A stretch of 64,000 nucleotides of DNA from Candidatus Omnitrophota bacterium (lineage in GTDB: Bacteria > Omnitrophota > Omnitrophia > Omnitrophales > Aquincolibacteriaceae), in NCBI GenBank assembly GCA_043732705.1, contig JAYTHE010000032.1, positions 66,005 through 130,004 on the forward strand, in the 5' to 3' direction. Within the stretch, counting starts at the first letter, position 1, and every line of letters starts with the position of its first letter. The position numbers were made by a program, and so were the translations under genes. Below, in pieces: positions 10,057-20,248 of the stretch. Under the pieces are notes generated by a model. It did not search any database, was not told the DNA's origin, and was given only the letters and a program-made list of their open reading frames with translations.

Positions 10057-11299
10057 GCAATTAAAAAAAGGCGACCCCGCGATTTATGAATGCGTGCGCA
10101 ATGAAATGCGTCGGCAAAATCAGGGGATTGAGCTGATCGCCAGCGAGAATTTCACCTCGCTTGCCGTGATGGAAGCGATGGGTTCGGTGCTGACCAATAA
10201 ATATGCCGAAGGTTATCCCGGAAAACGCTGGTATGGCGGCTGCGAATATGTCGATGTGGTTGAACAGCTAGCGATTGACCGGGCTAAAAAGCTTTTCGGC
10301 GCGGAGCATGCGAATGTTCAGCCGCATAGCGGTGCTTCCGCGAATACGGCGGTCTTTATGGCGGTTTTAAATCCCGGTGATAAAATTCTCGGGATGAATT
10401 TATCGCATGGCGGACATTTGACGCATGGGCATCCGATGAATTTTTCGGGTAAGTTCTATCAAATTATTCCTTATGGCGTGAGCAAAGAAACCGAAACGAT
10501 TAATTATGACGAACTCGACGCTTTAGCGCGCGAGCACAAGCCTAAACTCATTTTGATGGGCGCTTCGGCCTATTCACGGCAGATTGATTTTGCGCGTGCG
10601 AGAAAAATCGCAGATGAGGTTGGGGCGTTAGTGATGGTCGATATGGCGCATTTCGCGGGATTGGTCGCGGTTGGCGCGCATCCTAATCCGGTTCCGTATG
10701 CTGACATTGTGACAACGACAACGCATAAAACTTTGCGCGGACCGCGCGGCGGCTTAATTCTTTGCAAAGAAAAATATGCCAAGGCTATTGATTCAGCGGT
10801 GTTTCCCGGAGTCCAAGGCGGACCTTTGATGCATGTGATTGCGGGCAAAGCCGTTTGTTTTCATGAAGCACTGCAGCCTTCGTTTAAAGATTACGGATTG
10901 CAAGTTGTCAAAAATGCGAAAGCGCTTTGCGAAGCGATGAAAGCTAAAGGCTGGCGCATCGTATCCGGCGGAACGGACAATCATTTAATGCTTGTTGACG
11001 TAAAATCAAAAGGTTTTAACGGCAAGCAGGTCCAGGAAGCTTTGGACGTGGTGCATATCACGGCAAATAAAAATACGATTCCGTTTGATGCGGAGTCGCC
11101 GTTCAAAGGTTCGGGTATTCGTCTCGGAACACCCGCGGTAACAACGCGCGGTTTAAAAGAGCCCGAAATGAAACTGATCGCAGGCTGGATTGATGACACG
11201 ATGAAAAATCTTGATAACGAAAGCGAACTTTCCAAAATTCGCGCCCAGGTGTTGGATTTAATGGCAAAGTTTCCGCTTTATCCGGAGATTAACGGCTGA
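10031..11299 (+). CDS. glyA: Serine hydroxymethyltransferase
   Basis: [16 protein letters not shown] and [14 protein letters not shown] (PLP lysine) motifs. Confidence 0.97.
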   Translation: MKTNTSLLEQLKKGDPAIYECVRNEMRRQNQGIELIASENFTSLAVMEAMGSVLTNKYAEGYPGKRWYGGCEYVDVVEQLAIDRAKKLFGAEHANVQPHSGASANTAVFMAVLNPGDKILGMNLSHGGHLTHGHPMNFSGKFYQIIPYGVSKETETINYDELDALAREHKPKLILMGASAYSRQIDFARARKIADEVGALVMVDMAHFAGLVAVGAHPNPVPYADIVTTTTHKTLRGPRGGLILCKEKYAKAIDSAVFPGVQGGPLMHVIAGKAVCFHEALQPSFKDYGLQVVKNAKALCEAMKAKGWRIVSGGTDNHLMLVDVKSKGFNGKQVQEALDVVHITANKNTIPFDAESPFKGSGIRLGTPAVTTRGLKEPEMKLIAGWIDDTMKNLDNESELSKIRAQVLDLMAKFPLYPEING

Positions 11300-11760
11300 T
11301 GCTTTGCCCCTATTGTAAAGTTGATAACGATAAAGTTCTCGATTCACGCTCGGTCAGCGATGGGGTGGTGATTCGCCGCCGCCGCGAATGTATCGGCTGC
11401 GGCCGACGTTTTACGACTTATGAGCGGATCGAGGAAATGCCGCTTTTCGTGATTAAGAAGGACCAGCGGCGTGAACCTTATGACCGTATTAAAGCCTTGG
11501 CGGGCGTGTATAAAGCCTGCGAGAAAAGGCCTGTGCCGCTTTCGGTGCAAGATGAAGTAGCTGAAGAGCTTGAGAAAATGATCCGAGATAAGTATGACAA
11601 GGAAATTCCCGCGAAAATGATCGGAGAATTTATTATGCGCAAACTCGCAAAAATTGATCAAATTGCGTATGTCCGGTTTGCGAGCGTTTACCGTGAATTT
11701 CAAGACGTCAGTCATTTTATGGATGAACTCAAGGGACTTTTAGATAAGTCTAAAAAATAG
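11299..11760 (+). CDS. nrdR: Transcriptional repressor NrdR
   Basis: CPYC, RRRREC..C..RFTTYE, ATP-cone and AYVRFASVY motifs. Confidence 0.96.
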   Translation: MLCPYCKVDNDKVLDSRSVSDGVVIRRRRECIGCGRRFTTYERIEEMPLFVIKKDQRREPYDRIKALAGVYKACEKRPVPLSVQDEVAEELEKMIRDKYDKEIPAKMIGEFIMRKLAKIDQIAYVRFASVYREFQDVSHFMDELKGLLDKSKK

Positions 11761-11933
11761 TCCTTAATACTGTGCTTGAAGGGGGGTCGGCGTTATGGTA
11801 TAAAAATGCCGACTTGTAGAGGGTTGAATTGCGTTAAACTGTTTTTTTAATTAACTCGGTAACAGCGCTGAGTTTTGGAATTCAAATTATTTGAATCCTA
11901 ATGAAGCACTTGTAACCACAAAAGGAGAATATC

Positions 11934-12188
11934 ATGGCGAAAGCAAATTCCGCGTTTATGAAACCGTTGACAGTGAGCGATAGTCTTGCCGCTGTTGTGG
12001 GGAAAGGTCCGATGCCGCGCAGTGAAGTTGTGAAGAAGATCTGGGTTTACATCAAGAAGAATAAGCTTCAGGACGACAAGAACAAACGTAATATCAATGC
12101 TGATGCAGCATTGAAAGTTGTTTTTGGCGGAAAAGCCGTCGTCAATATGTTTGAGATGACTAAGCTTGTTTCCAAGCACCTCTCGTAA
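11934..12188 (+). CDS. Stand-alone SWIB/MDM2 domain protein
   Basis: FMKPL..S..LAAVVG.GPMPRSEVVKKIW.YIKKNKLQD pattern; strong RBS aaggag. Confidence 0.9.
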   Translation: MAKANSAFMKPLTVSDSLAAVVGKGPMPRSEVVKKIWVYIKKNKLQDDKNKRNINADAALKVVFGGKAVVNMFEMTKLVSKHLS

Positions 12189-12201
12189 TTTTTGATTCAA
12201 T

Positions 12202-12245
12202 CGGGCGGGAGTTAAACGCTCCCGCCCGTATCAATTTGTTTTTAT
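12202..12245 (+). terminator. GC-rich hairpin, probable intrinsic terminator
   Basis: cgggcgggag-ttaaacg-ctcccgcccg followed by a T-rich tract. Confidence 0.6.
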
Positions 12246-12246
12246 T

Positions 12247-12963
12247 ATGGTTGTAAGATTTTTTATAGTAGCGGGTTTTATCTTAGCGCTTGTCGCCGCG
12301 GGCGGTTCATTTTCTATTTATCAATCCTACCAAACGGAACGCGAACAACGTCTTGATGCCGAAAGCAAGTTTATGCAGGCGCAGGATTCCGCCGCCGCAA
12401 TTAAAGCCGACATGGAGCAACAAAAATCACGCGTGGTTGATTTAGAAGGCCAAGTCGAGTCCCTGAAGAAGGAAAGTCAAAATTTTAAAACTCAGCAAGC
12501 CGCAAAAGACACTGAAATTCAAAGTCTAAAAAATGATATCGCTTCAAAGTCTGAAGAGCTTCTGAAGTTAAAAGGGCAGCTGGAAACTTATAAGCAAAAG
12601 GAACGAATTCCTGCGGCTGTCGGCACGAATGTTTCAGGTCTTGCGGGAGCGGCTGCACCCTCTTCAACGACGCCTGTTTTAAAGCTGGAACCAAGCGGTG
12701 CTTCCGCAGTGATTCCAGCCGAAGCGCCGCCGTCCGATGACAGCCGTATTTTGACGGTTAACCGCAAGTTCAATTTTATTGTTGTGAATCTTGGATTGCG
12801 CGATGGTTTAAGAATGGGCGATAAAGTTCAGGTTGTTCAGGGCGGTAATCCAAAAGCTTCGGCGCAAATTGAAAAAATTTACGATAAATTTTCAGCGGCA
12901 ACGTTGCTTGATGAAGATAAAGGAAATCCTGTTCATGAAGGCGACTCTGTTCGTAAAGGTTAA
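12247..12963 (+). CDS. Membrane-anchored coiled-coil protein with C-terminal beta domain, unknown function
   Basis: N-terminal TM segment, heptad-rich region, Pro/Ala linker, then FIVVNLG..DGL..GD. Confidence 0.75.
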   Translation: MVVRFFIVAGFILALVAAGGSFSIYQSYQTEREQRLDAESKFMQAQDSAAAIKADMEQQKSRVVDLEGQVESLKKESQNFKTQQAAKDTEIQSLKNDIASKSEELLKLKGQLETYKQKERIPAAVGTNVSGLAGAAAPSSTTPVLKLEPSGASAVIPAEAPPSDDSRILTVNRKFNFIVVNLGLRDGLRMGDKVQVVQGGNPKASAQIEKIYDKFSAATLLDEDKGNPVHEGDSVRKG

Positions 12964-13177
12964 TTTTCTTATTTGGGCCTGCCTATTGGCCTCATTTCTT
13001 TTCTTTTTCTCAGCTGCGTTTGCTGCGGGTGATTCCACTGGCGCGAGTTCTGATCAGCTGCTTCAAATCAATAAGAAGCTCGATGAGTCACAAAAGCGCG
13101 AAGAACGGATTCTTGCCAATCAGGAAAAAATTATCGCTGAAATTATAAAATCCCGTAAATGGGCATATAATAACTAA
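12935..13177 (+). CDS. Small exported coiled-coil protein, unknown function
   Basis: RBS aagga, signal-peptide-like N-terminus ending AAFA, then ILANQEKI coiled coil. Confidence 0.55.
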   Translation: MKATLFVKVNFLIWACLLASFLFFFSAAFAAGDSTGASSDQLLQINKKLDESQKREERILANQEKIIAEIIKSRKWAYNN

Positions 13178-13183
13178 CTCCTC

Positions 13184-14476
13184 ATGTCCGACCTTGTTTT
13201 TGAGGGTTCCCGGCGTTTTTTGGGAACTTTGCAGCCCTCCGGTGATAAATCCGTTTCCCACCGCGCGCTTCTTTTTGGGGCGATTTCTTCCGGCGTGAGC
13301 CGTTATGAAGGCTTTCTCGCGTCCGAAGATTGTCTTTGCACCTTGCAAGCCCTCCGTGACTTAGGTGTTACCATCCGGCATGATCCCGCGAATCAAACCA
13401 TCGAAGTCCATGGCGTTGGAATGCATGGACTCAAACAGCCCGCAGTTGATCTCAATATGGGTAATTCCGGAACCGCGATGCGCTTGATGCTCGGCCTTTT
13501 AGCGGGACAAAAATTAAGCGCGACACTTTTTGGCGATGCTTCACTTTCTTCCAGGCCGATGCGTCGCGTAACCGATCCCTTGAAGCAGATGGGGGCGCAG
13601 ATCAAAGGCGGGGAAAAAGGTAATTTTGCGCCGCTTACAATTCAAGGCGGAAAACTAAAAGCGATCGAATTTCACAATAAGTTACGCAGCGCGCAACTAA
13701 AATCCGCGCTGCTGTTTGCCGGAATGTATGCTGACGGTGTAACAAAAATTATTGAAGATATCCCTTCCCGCGATCACACGGAAAGATTTTTAAATGCCGC
13801 AGGGGCGGTCTTTAAACAACAGGGCGGTATTTTGGAAATTCAAAAGACCGAATCTTTAAAAGCATTGTCAGGGCGCATCCCGGGCGATATTTCTTCCGCG
13901 GCTTTTTTTATCGTGGGCGCGAGTTTAACCCCAGGCTCCGACGTGACATTCCGCCATGTTGGTTTAAATCCGACACGTGTGGGTTTACTCAACGTTTTGA
14001 AACGCATGGGCGCTCATATTGAAGTGACGCAGGAAAGCGATATTCCCGAACCTATCGGAGCTATCCGCGTACGCGGCAGCAAACTAGCCGGAACCCGGAT
14101 TAAGCATGATGAAATTCCTGCGTTGATTGATGAGCTTCCAATTTTGATGGTAGCGATGTCGCTTGCGGAAGGTGAAAGCCTCGTTTCGGGAGCGGAAGAA
14201 TTACGGGTTAAAGAAACTGATCGAATTTTGGCGATGGTGACCAACCTTAAAAAAGCGGGTGCTGACATTGAGGAGCTAGTGGATGGCTGTATTGTTCGTG
14301 GTGTTGCATCTTTGAAGGGCGCGGAGATTGACAGTTTTGGGGATCATCGCGTGGCGATGAGTTTTGCGGTCGCAAGCTGTGCCGCGGCAGGCCCCATGCG
14401 CATTTTGAATACCGATTGCATCGCGACATCTTATCCAGATTTTACCCGCCATTTTAAGCTTTTAACCGCCGGTTGA
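13184..14476 (+). CDS. aroA: EPSP synthase
   Basis: GDKSVSHRA, GNSGTAMR, SRDHTER, ELRVKETDR and GDHRVAM motifs. Confidence 0.97.
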   Translation: MSDLVFEGSRRFLGTLQPSGDKSVSHRALLFGAISSGVSRYEGFLASEDCLCTLQALRDLGVTIRHDPANQTIEVHGVGMHGLKQPAVDLNMGNSGTAMRLMLGLLAGQKLSATLFGDASLSSRPMRRVTDPLKQMGAQIKGGEKGNFAPLTIQGGKLKAIEFHNKLRSAQLKSALLFAGMYADGVTKIIEDIPSRDHTERFLNAAGAVFKQQGGILEIQKTESLKALSGRIPGDISSAAFFIVGASLTPGSDVTFRHVGLNPTRVGLLNVLKRMGAHIEVTQESDIPEPIGAIRVRGSKLAGTRIKHDEIPALIDELPILMVAMSLAEGESLVSGAEELRVKETDRILAMVTNLKKAGADIEELVDGCIVRGVASLKGAEIDSFGDHRVAMSFAVASCAAAGPMRILNTDCIATSYPDFTRHFKLLTAG

Positions 14477-14496
14477 GTCGAGCCATCCTGTTTCAT

Positions 14497-14525
14497 TTGA
14501 CAGGGTTAGGGGTGTTGCTTATACT
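14497..14525 (+). promoter_or_regulatory. Sigma-70 promoter of the mre operon
   Basis: TTGACA (14497-14502), 17-nt spacer, TATACT (14520-14525). Confidence 0.8.
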
Positions 14526-14566
14526 AGCCCCCAATTTCAGACCCATTTTAAGCAAGTGATGGTGAC

Positions 14567-15625
14567 ATGTTTTTCATTGACCGAATTCTTAGTTTCTTTT
14601 CAAGCGATATCGGAATTGATCTTGGAACCGCCAATACTCTTGTGTATGTCAAGGGGCAGGGCGTAGTCCTTTGTGAACCCTCCGTCGTCGCCGTTGATAA
14701 AGTGACGGGACAAGTGCTTAAAGTCGGCGAAGAAGCGAAGCGTATGTTGGGCCGTACTCCCGGAAGTATTGTTGCTATCCGTCCGATGAAAGATGGCGTG
14801 ATTGCTGATTTTGATATTACCGAAGCTATGCTGCGCCATTTTATTCAAAAAGTTCACCGCAAAAATACTCTCATCAGTCCGCGCGTTGTCATTGCCGTAC
14901 CGAGTGGAATCACCGAAGTTGAAAAACGCGCCGTGAAAGATTCTGCGGAACGCGCCGGAGCCCGTTCGCCGGTTTATTTAGTTGAAGAACCGATTGCCGC
15001 TGCGATTGGTGTGGGCCTCCCGATTCAGGAGCCGACCGCAAGTATGATCGTGGACATCGGCGGCGGTACAACTGAAATCGCCGTGATTTCTTTGGGCGGA
15101 ATTGTTTTTTCAAAAAGTTTACGCGTCGGCGGTGATGAATTTGATGATGCCGTTATTTCCCACCTTAAAAAATCTTACAATCTTTTGATTGGTGAAAGAA
15201 CCGCGGAAGAAATTAAAATCCGTATCGGTTCCGCGTATCCGCTTGAAGAAGAAATGACGATGGATGTCAAAGGTCGCGATATTTTGGCCGGTCTTCCCAA
15301 GACAATTACAGTGACCAGCGAAGAAATTCGTGAAGCTCTTTCCGAGTCTCTTTCCGCGATTTTAGAAGGCGTGCGTATCGCGCTTGAACGTACTCCGCCG
15401 GAACTTTCTTCCGACTTAATCGATAAGGGTTTAATTTTAGCGGGCGGCGGTTCTTTGATTCGCGGGCTTGATAAGCTAGTAAGCGAAGAAACAGGTTTGC
15501 CAGTTCATATTGCAGATGATCCGTTAACTGCCGTTGCCCTCGGTACAGGCCGCTATTTGACCGATTTTAATTTGCTTAAGAGTTTGTCTGTGAATCGCGG
15601 CGGCGCGAGTGCCCGCGAATACTGA
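14567..15625 (+). CDS. mreB: Rod shape-determining protein MreB
   Basis: [29 protein letters not shown] and LAGGGSL motifs. Confidence 0.97.
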   Translation: MFFIDRILSFFSSDIGIDLGTANTLVYVKGQGVVLCEPSVVAVDKVTGQVLKVGEEAKRMLGRTPGSIVAIRPMKDGVIADFDITEAMLRHFIQKVHRKNTLISPRVVIAVPSGITEVEKRAVKDSAERAGARSPVYLVEEPIAAAIGVGLPIQEPTASMIVDIGGGTTEIAVISLGGIVFSKSLRVGGDEFDDAVISHLKKSYNLLIGERTAEEIKIRIGSAYPLEEEMTMDVKGRDILAGLPKTITVTSEEIREALSESLSAILEGVRIALERTPPELSSDLIDKGLILAGGGSLIRGLDKLVSEETGLPVHIADDPLTAVALGTGRYLTDFNLLKSLSVNRGGASAREY

Positions 15626-15763
15626 TTAACGAGCGTCCGGTAAATTGGGAGATCATTTTGCCGGTGAAATTCCTCGAGAGTTACCCCGCCGATATTGATT
15701 CGATACGAGTTCTTATGACACGCCTAGTCTATTTACTATTGTCCTGCAAAATTTATTCGCGAT

Positions 15764-16561
15764 ATGTTTAAACGTTTTTTAGCCTTTGCCGCCGCGGCCT
15801 TCGTCCTAATTGCTTTTACTTTCCAATTTCCAAAAATCCGCAATGTCACGGGCGTATGGGCTCACTCCTTCTTCCGGCCTTTTTTAGAATCAACCAGCCT
15901 TGTCAGCGCTCAAGCGGGGCATGTGCGCAACCAGTTTTATAATTATTGGAACGCAATTGATAAGCAGCATGAACAAGAACAGGAAATCAATGAGCTTGAG
16001 TCAAGGCTTGTGCATTTTGATGAAGTTCTGGGAGAAAATAACCGTTTGAAACGCCTGCTTGATTTTCGTGATTCACTTTCGCAAAAAGCCGTCGGTGTCC
16101 GAATTATGGGGTATGGACTCAAACCCTGGAAAAAGTCTGTGTTGTTGAATAAGGGAAGCAGCCAAGGTATTAAGCCCTTGTCCGCTTTGGTTGTGCCTTC
16201 GGGACTTGTGGGGCGAATTGTAGATGTGGGTTTGCTTTCATCCCAGGCTATTTTTTTAACGGACCCCGAATCCCGCGTCACGGCGGTGACGCTCAATAGC
16301 CGCGCGCAAGGAATTGCGGAGGGAAATGGCGGCGACAAGCTCAAGCTGCGGTACCTGAATTTAGATGATGCGGTTCAAGTCGGCGAAATTGTGGTTACTT
16401 CCGGTCTCAGCGATATTTACCCAAAAGGTTTGCGGGTCGGCCGGATTGAGTCTGTTGAGCGCGATCCGGATGGTTTGCATTTGTCGGCGACGGTTCGTCC
16501 GGCTGTAAAATTTTCAAGAATTGAGGAAATGCTGTGTTTGGAACCCTCCGATTTAAAATAG
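15764..16561 (+). CDS. mreC: Rod shape-determining protein MreC
   Basis: ENNRLKRLL, LNKGS..GI, GLVGRI and VVTSGL..IYPKGL.VG motifs; synteny with mreB. Confidence 0.92.
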   Translation: MFKRFLAFAAAAFVLIAFTFQFPKIRNVTGVWAHSFFRPFLESTSLVSAQAGHVRNQFYNYWNAIDKQHEQEQEINELESRLVHFDEVLGENNRLKRLLDFRDSLSQKAVGVRIMGYGLKPWKKSVLLNKGSSQGIKPLSALVVPSGLVGRIVDVGLLSSQAIFLTDPESRVTAVTLNSRAQGIAEGNGGDKLKLRYLNLDDAVQVGEIVVTSGLSDIYPKGLRVGRIESVERDPDGLHLSATVRPAVKFSRIEEMLCLEPSDLK

Positions 16562-17055
16562 TTCTCCTTTCGCTTGGACTGTTAATTTTTGACTGCTGCA
16601 TTGCGCCGGTCATTGAAGTATCAGGCGCGCGGCCGGTCTTTTCATTTTTATTGATCGCCTATGCCGCATTCCACTGGGATTCCCATCGAATTTTGCCGCT
16701 GGCCGCTTTTCTTGGTTTAGCGCGAGATATCTTGGGGGGGGGGATTTTGGGCGTTGAAATGTTGGCGCTTGTTTGTGGCGGGTTTGTGTTTGATGCGGTC
16801 GCGCATAAAATCGAACGGGAATTTCCTGGAATTTATTTTTTATTGACCGTGATCTTTTGCTTTTTTGTTCTTTCCGGAGAAATAGTTTTGGACTCCATTT
16901 TGGGCAGAGTCTCATTGGTGGGCTGGGAACACCTGCGCGTTATTTTTATGAGCTCCGTTTATACCGGATTATTTTTGCCGCTCTTTTATCAAATCGCGGA
17001 TTTTCTTTTTAAGCCGCATTCGGAACTACGACAGTATGATCTTTTCAGAGCTTGA
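16534..17055 (+). CDS. mreD: Rod shape-determining protein MreD
   Basis: Multi-TM protein with GLARDIL, located between mreC and mrdA. Confidence 0.8.
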   Translation: MFGTLRFKIVLLSLGLLIFDCCIAPVIEVSGARPVFSFLLIAYAAFHWDSHRILPLAAFLGLARDILGGGILGVEMLALVCGGFVFDAVAHKIEREFPGIYFLLTVIFCFFVLSGEIVLDSILGRVSLVGWEHLRVIFMSSVYTGLFLPLFYQIADFLFKPHSELRQYDLFRA

Positions 17056-17073
17056 TCCGAATCGGATACCGTT

Positions 17074-18789
17074 GTGATCGGCAGGCATCATCTTTTTCAG
17101 ACGACGATTCTCAGCTTAATCGCTGTTTTAACCGGCGGCCTTTTTTATATGCAGGTCATACGTGGCGATGAATTCGCTCAAATGAGCGAAAGAAATTATA
17201 TTCGTCTCATTCCGCTTGAAGCGCCGCGCGGCCGTGTTTTTGACGCTCAGGGGCGACTGCTGGCCGCCAACCGGCCCTCTTTTGATGTGGTTGCAATTCC
17301 TGAAGACGTGCGGGCCACAACTTTTGCTCAGCTCGCGCCTTTGCTCGGAATGACGCCGCTGGAAGTGCGCAAGCGTTTGGCCGAGAAACGGGAATATAAT
17401 TTCGCGCCCGCGGTTATTGCCGAGGATGTTTCTCAGGAGCTTGCCTATAAAATTGAAGAACATCGTCCCGAATTGCCGGGAGTTTCCATTCGCGTTTCCG
17501 GAATTCGTTATTACCCTTACGGAAAAACAGCTTCGCATATCATCGGCTATATCGGAAAAATCAGTCCCACAGAATATGAAAAATCTGACCGCGGGCGGTT
17601 TGGAATGAATTCCATGGTCGGGCGCGCGGGCTTGGAGCGGTCCTATGATGAAGATCTACGCGGCTGGCGCGGCGGAAAAACAATCCAGGTCAATTCTGCC
17701 GGGCGGCTTGTGAAAGTTATTTCGGCGCGCAACCCGGAACCTGGAAAAGACGTGCATTTGACGATTGATTTGGAATTCCAAAAAAAGATTATGCAGATGA
17801 TTGAAGGCAAGACTGCGACGGTGGCGGTGATTGATTTGGAAACCGAAGGTTTGTTGGCCCTCGCAAGTACGCCGGCGTATGACCCCAATGTTTTTGTCAG
17901 CCCGGTGCGCAGCGATGAAAGAACCGAGCTTTTGACCAGCACGCATTCGCCGTTGCTGGATCGAGCGATGAATTCAGCTTATCCTCCCGGTTCGATTTTT
18001 AAACTTGTTACGGGCCTTTCAGGCCTCGAAACGGGAGCTATCCAGCCGGGAAGCCGGTTTTATTGCGGAGGACAGTTTTTTACAAGTCCAAAAGCGCGGC
18101 CCATGAAATGCTGGTGGCATACAGGCCATGGCAGTATTAATTTATATGAAGCGCTTGAACGCTCATGCAATGTTTACTTCTATAATGTGGCGCGCAAAGT
18201 GGGACCAGAGCAAATTGCTTACCACGCGCGTTTGTTTGGTTTTGGCGCGCCATATTCATTGGAAACCGGCCAGGTTACGGCGGGGCTGATTCCTGACCCG
18301 CAGTGGAAAATGAAAAAAATGCATGAAAAATGGTATGAAGGCGAAACGTTGAATATGGGAATCGGCCAAGGTTATGTTCAAGCCAATCCGCTGCAAATCC
18401 TACGCATGACTTCGATGATCGCAAAAGACGGAGAAATCGTTGAGCCGCATCTTGTAAAAAAAGAAAAGGATCCCATGGCGCGCAAGCCGCGTTTGCCGGT
18501 AAAGCGTGAAAACCTTGCCGCTCTGCGCAAGGGCATGTTTCAAGTGGTTCAATCACCTTATGGCACAGGACAATTAGCGCGTGTCGATTATGCCAGGCTC
18601 GCGGGTAAAACAGGCACGGCTCAAAATCCGCCGCATGAACCCCATAGTTGGATGACCGGTTTTCTGCCATTTAATAAGCCCAAGCTTGCGCTCGTTGTTT
18701 TTGTTGAAAATGGGGGATCGGGCGGTATTACCAGCGGGAAAATTGTTAAGCAGGTTCTTATGGCCGCGAAGGAGCAAAACCTTGTTTAA
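17074..18789 (+). CDS. mrdA: Penicillin-binding protein 2
   Basis: APRGRVFD, YPPGSIFK (SxxK), SCN and GKTGTAQ motifs. Confidence 0.95.
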   Translation: MIGRHHLFQTTILSLIAVLTGGLFYMQVIRGDEFAQMSERNYIRLIPLEAPRGRVFDAQGRLLAANRPSFDVVAIPEDVRATTFAQLAPLLGMTPLEVRKRLAEKREYNFAPAVIAEDVSQELAYKIEEHRPELPGVSIRVSGIRYYPYGKTASHIIGYIGKISPTEYEKSDRGRFGMNSMVGRAGLERSYDEDLRGWRGGKTIQVNSAGRLVKVISARNPEPGKDVHLTIDLEFQKKIMQMIEGKTATVAVIDLETEGLLALASTPAYDPNVFVSPVRSDERTELLTSTHSPLLDRAMNSAYPPGSIFKLVTGLSGLETGAIQPGSRFYCGGQFFTSPKARPMKCWWHTGHGSINLYEALERSCNVYFYNVARKVGPEQIAYHARLFGFGAPYSLETGQVTAGLIPDPQWKMKKMHEKWYEGETLNMGIGQGYVQANPLQILRMTSMIAKDGEIVEPHLVKKEKDPMARKPRLPVKRENLAALRKGMFQVVQSPYGTGQLARVDYARLAGKTGTAQNPPHEPHSWMTGFLPFNKPKLALVVFVENGGSGGITSGKIVKQVLMAAKEQNLV

Positions 18790-19861
18790 ACTTTTTCGCA
18801 GGATTCACTTCTCGATGCTTTTTGCGATGCTGGGGCTTTCTGTTCTAGGCGTGCTTTTTATTTTCAGCGCATCTTATGACCAGCCCGGATATTTTGAGCT
18901 CAAGCAATGTGTTTGGATCGCGGCCGGAATCGCGGTTTATTTTATGACCGCCTCAGCAGGTTACCGCACTTTTCTGAGCCTGTCTTATTTGCTTTATGTT
19001 GTATCCGTTATTTTGTTGGTGGCAGTAGCGTTATTTGGACAAAAAGTTTATGGGGCGCAGCGATGGCTGACTCTGGGGCCGCTTGTCGTTCAGCCATCTG
19101 AGTTCGCAAAAATTTTTACGCTTGTCGCGGTTGTTAAGTATGTCGGGAATTACGACCCGAGAAATAATCAGTTCAAAGCTATCGGCGGGGCGACTGCGAT
19201 TGTCATACTGCCATTTTTATTTATTTTAAAACAACCCGATTTAGGCAGTGCTTTGTTGTTTATTCCAATGTTGCTTGCGGTTCTTTTTTTATGGGGGATT
19301 CGCATTCGGTATCTCATTTTAACAATTACTTCCGCGCTGATTGCCATGCCGATCGCGTGGAATTTTTTGAAGCCCTATCAGAAAAAACGTTTACTTGTTT
19401 TTATCGATCCCAACGCGGATCCGCTCGGTTCAGGCTACACCGCTCTTCAATCTAAGATTGCGGTCGGCTCGGGAGGATTATTTGGAAAAGGTTATTTGCT
19501 CGGCACACAAACCCAGCTTAATTTTGTACCTGAGCATCATACGGATTTTATTTTCAGTGTCGTGGGGGAGGAATGGGGGTTCATCGGCTCCTTGGCGGTA
19601 ATTTGTTTGTATGTTTTGCTTTTTATCGCTCTTTTCAGAATATGTGATCAGACCACGGACCCCAAGGCAAAAATGCTGGTGAGCGGCGTATCCGCGCTCA
19701 TTTTTGCCCAAGTTTTTATCAATATCGGAATGACATTTGGCTGGATGCCCATCACCGGATTGACATTGCCCTTCGTGAGTTATGGGGGGTCGTCCTATAT
19801 TTTAATGTGCTTTTGCTTGGCGTTAGCTTTGAGCGTTCACAGGGAACGATCCATATTTTAA
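18782..19861 (+). CDS. rodA: Rod shape-determining protein RodA (SEDS family)
   Basis: GAQRW, QPSEFAK, QPDLGS, PEHHTDFIF and LPFVSYGGS motifs; TTG 18782 follows RBS aaggag. Confidence 0.94.
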   Translation: MFKLFRRIHFSMLFAMLGLSVLGVLFIFSASYDQPGYFELKQCVWIAAGIAVYFMTASAGYRTFLSLSYLLYVVSVILLVAVALFGQKVYGAQRWLTLGPLVVQPSEFAKIFTLVAVVKYVGNYDPRNNQFKAIGGATAIVILPFLFILKQPDLGSALLFIPMLLAVLFLWGIRIRYLILTITSALIAMPIAWNFLKPYQKKRLLVFIDPNADPLGSGYTALQSKIAVGSGGLFGKGYLLGTQTQLNFVPEHHTDFIFSVVGEEWGFIGSLAVICLYVLLFIALFRICDQTTDPKAKMLVSGVSALIFAQVFINIGMTFGWMPITGLTLPFVSYGGSSYILMCFCLALALSVHRERSIF

Positions 19862-19917
19862 CTAGTTATTGATAGCTTCTTTCGAGCCAAATAGATAGAA
19901 TTCCTCGTTTCAATTTT

Positions 19918-19992
19918 CGGGGTGTAGCTCAGCTTGGCTAGAGCGCTTGCTTTGGGAGCAAGATGTCGTAGGTTCAAATCCTGCCATCCCGA
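19918..19992 (+). tRNA. tRNA-Pro(TGG)
   Basis: Cloverleaf with acceptor cggggtg/catcccg, anticodon arm cttgc-tTTGGga-gcaag and T-loop ttcaaat; CCA not encoded. Confidence 0.95.
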
Positions 19993-20030
19993 TACTAAAA
20001 GACCGAGATTCATTCTCGGTCTTTTAGTAT
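19992..20030. terminator. Perfect 17-bp hairpin after tRNA-Pro
   Basis: atactaaaagaccgaga-ttcat-tctcggtcttttagtat. Confidence 0.7.
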
Positions 20031-20182
20031 TTGAGCTCAGGATTTGAAGGGAGCTTCGCAATTTATAAAGCTGAACGGCTCAAAAAACTGACTTAATGTC
20101 AGATTTTTGAAAAGTGAAGACGGCGCGAAGCGGGAGGCGACTCAAAGCGAATGCCGCGGCTAGCGGACATAAGCGAAGAGCG

Positions 20183-20201
20183 TCAAATCCTGCCAACCCG
20201 A
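20183..20201 (+). repeat. Direct repeat of the tRNA-Pro 3' end (att-like)
   Basis: tcaaatcctgccaacccga matches the tRNA 3' end tcaaatcctgccatcccga at 18 of 19 nt. Confidence 0.75.
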
Positions 20202-20248
20202 TTTTTATGATCCTCAGGATCATAAAAATCTTCGATCAGTTATATTTT

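Noticed and set aside
19858-20061. 67-aa minus-strand ORF
   Set aside because: It is the antisense reading of tRNA-Pro and its terminator.
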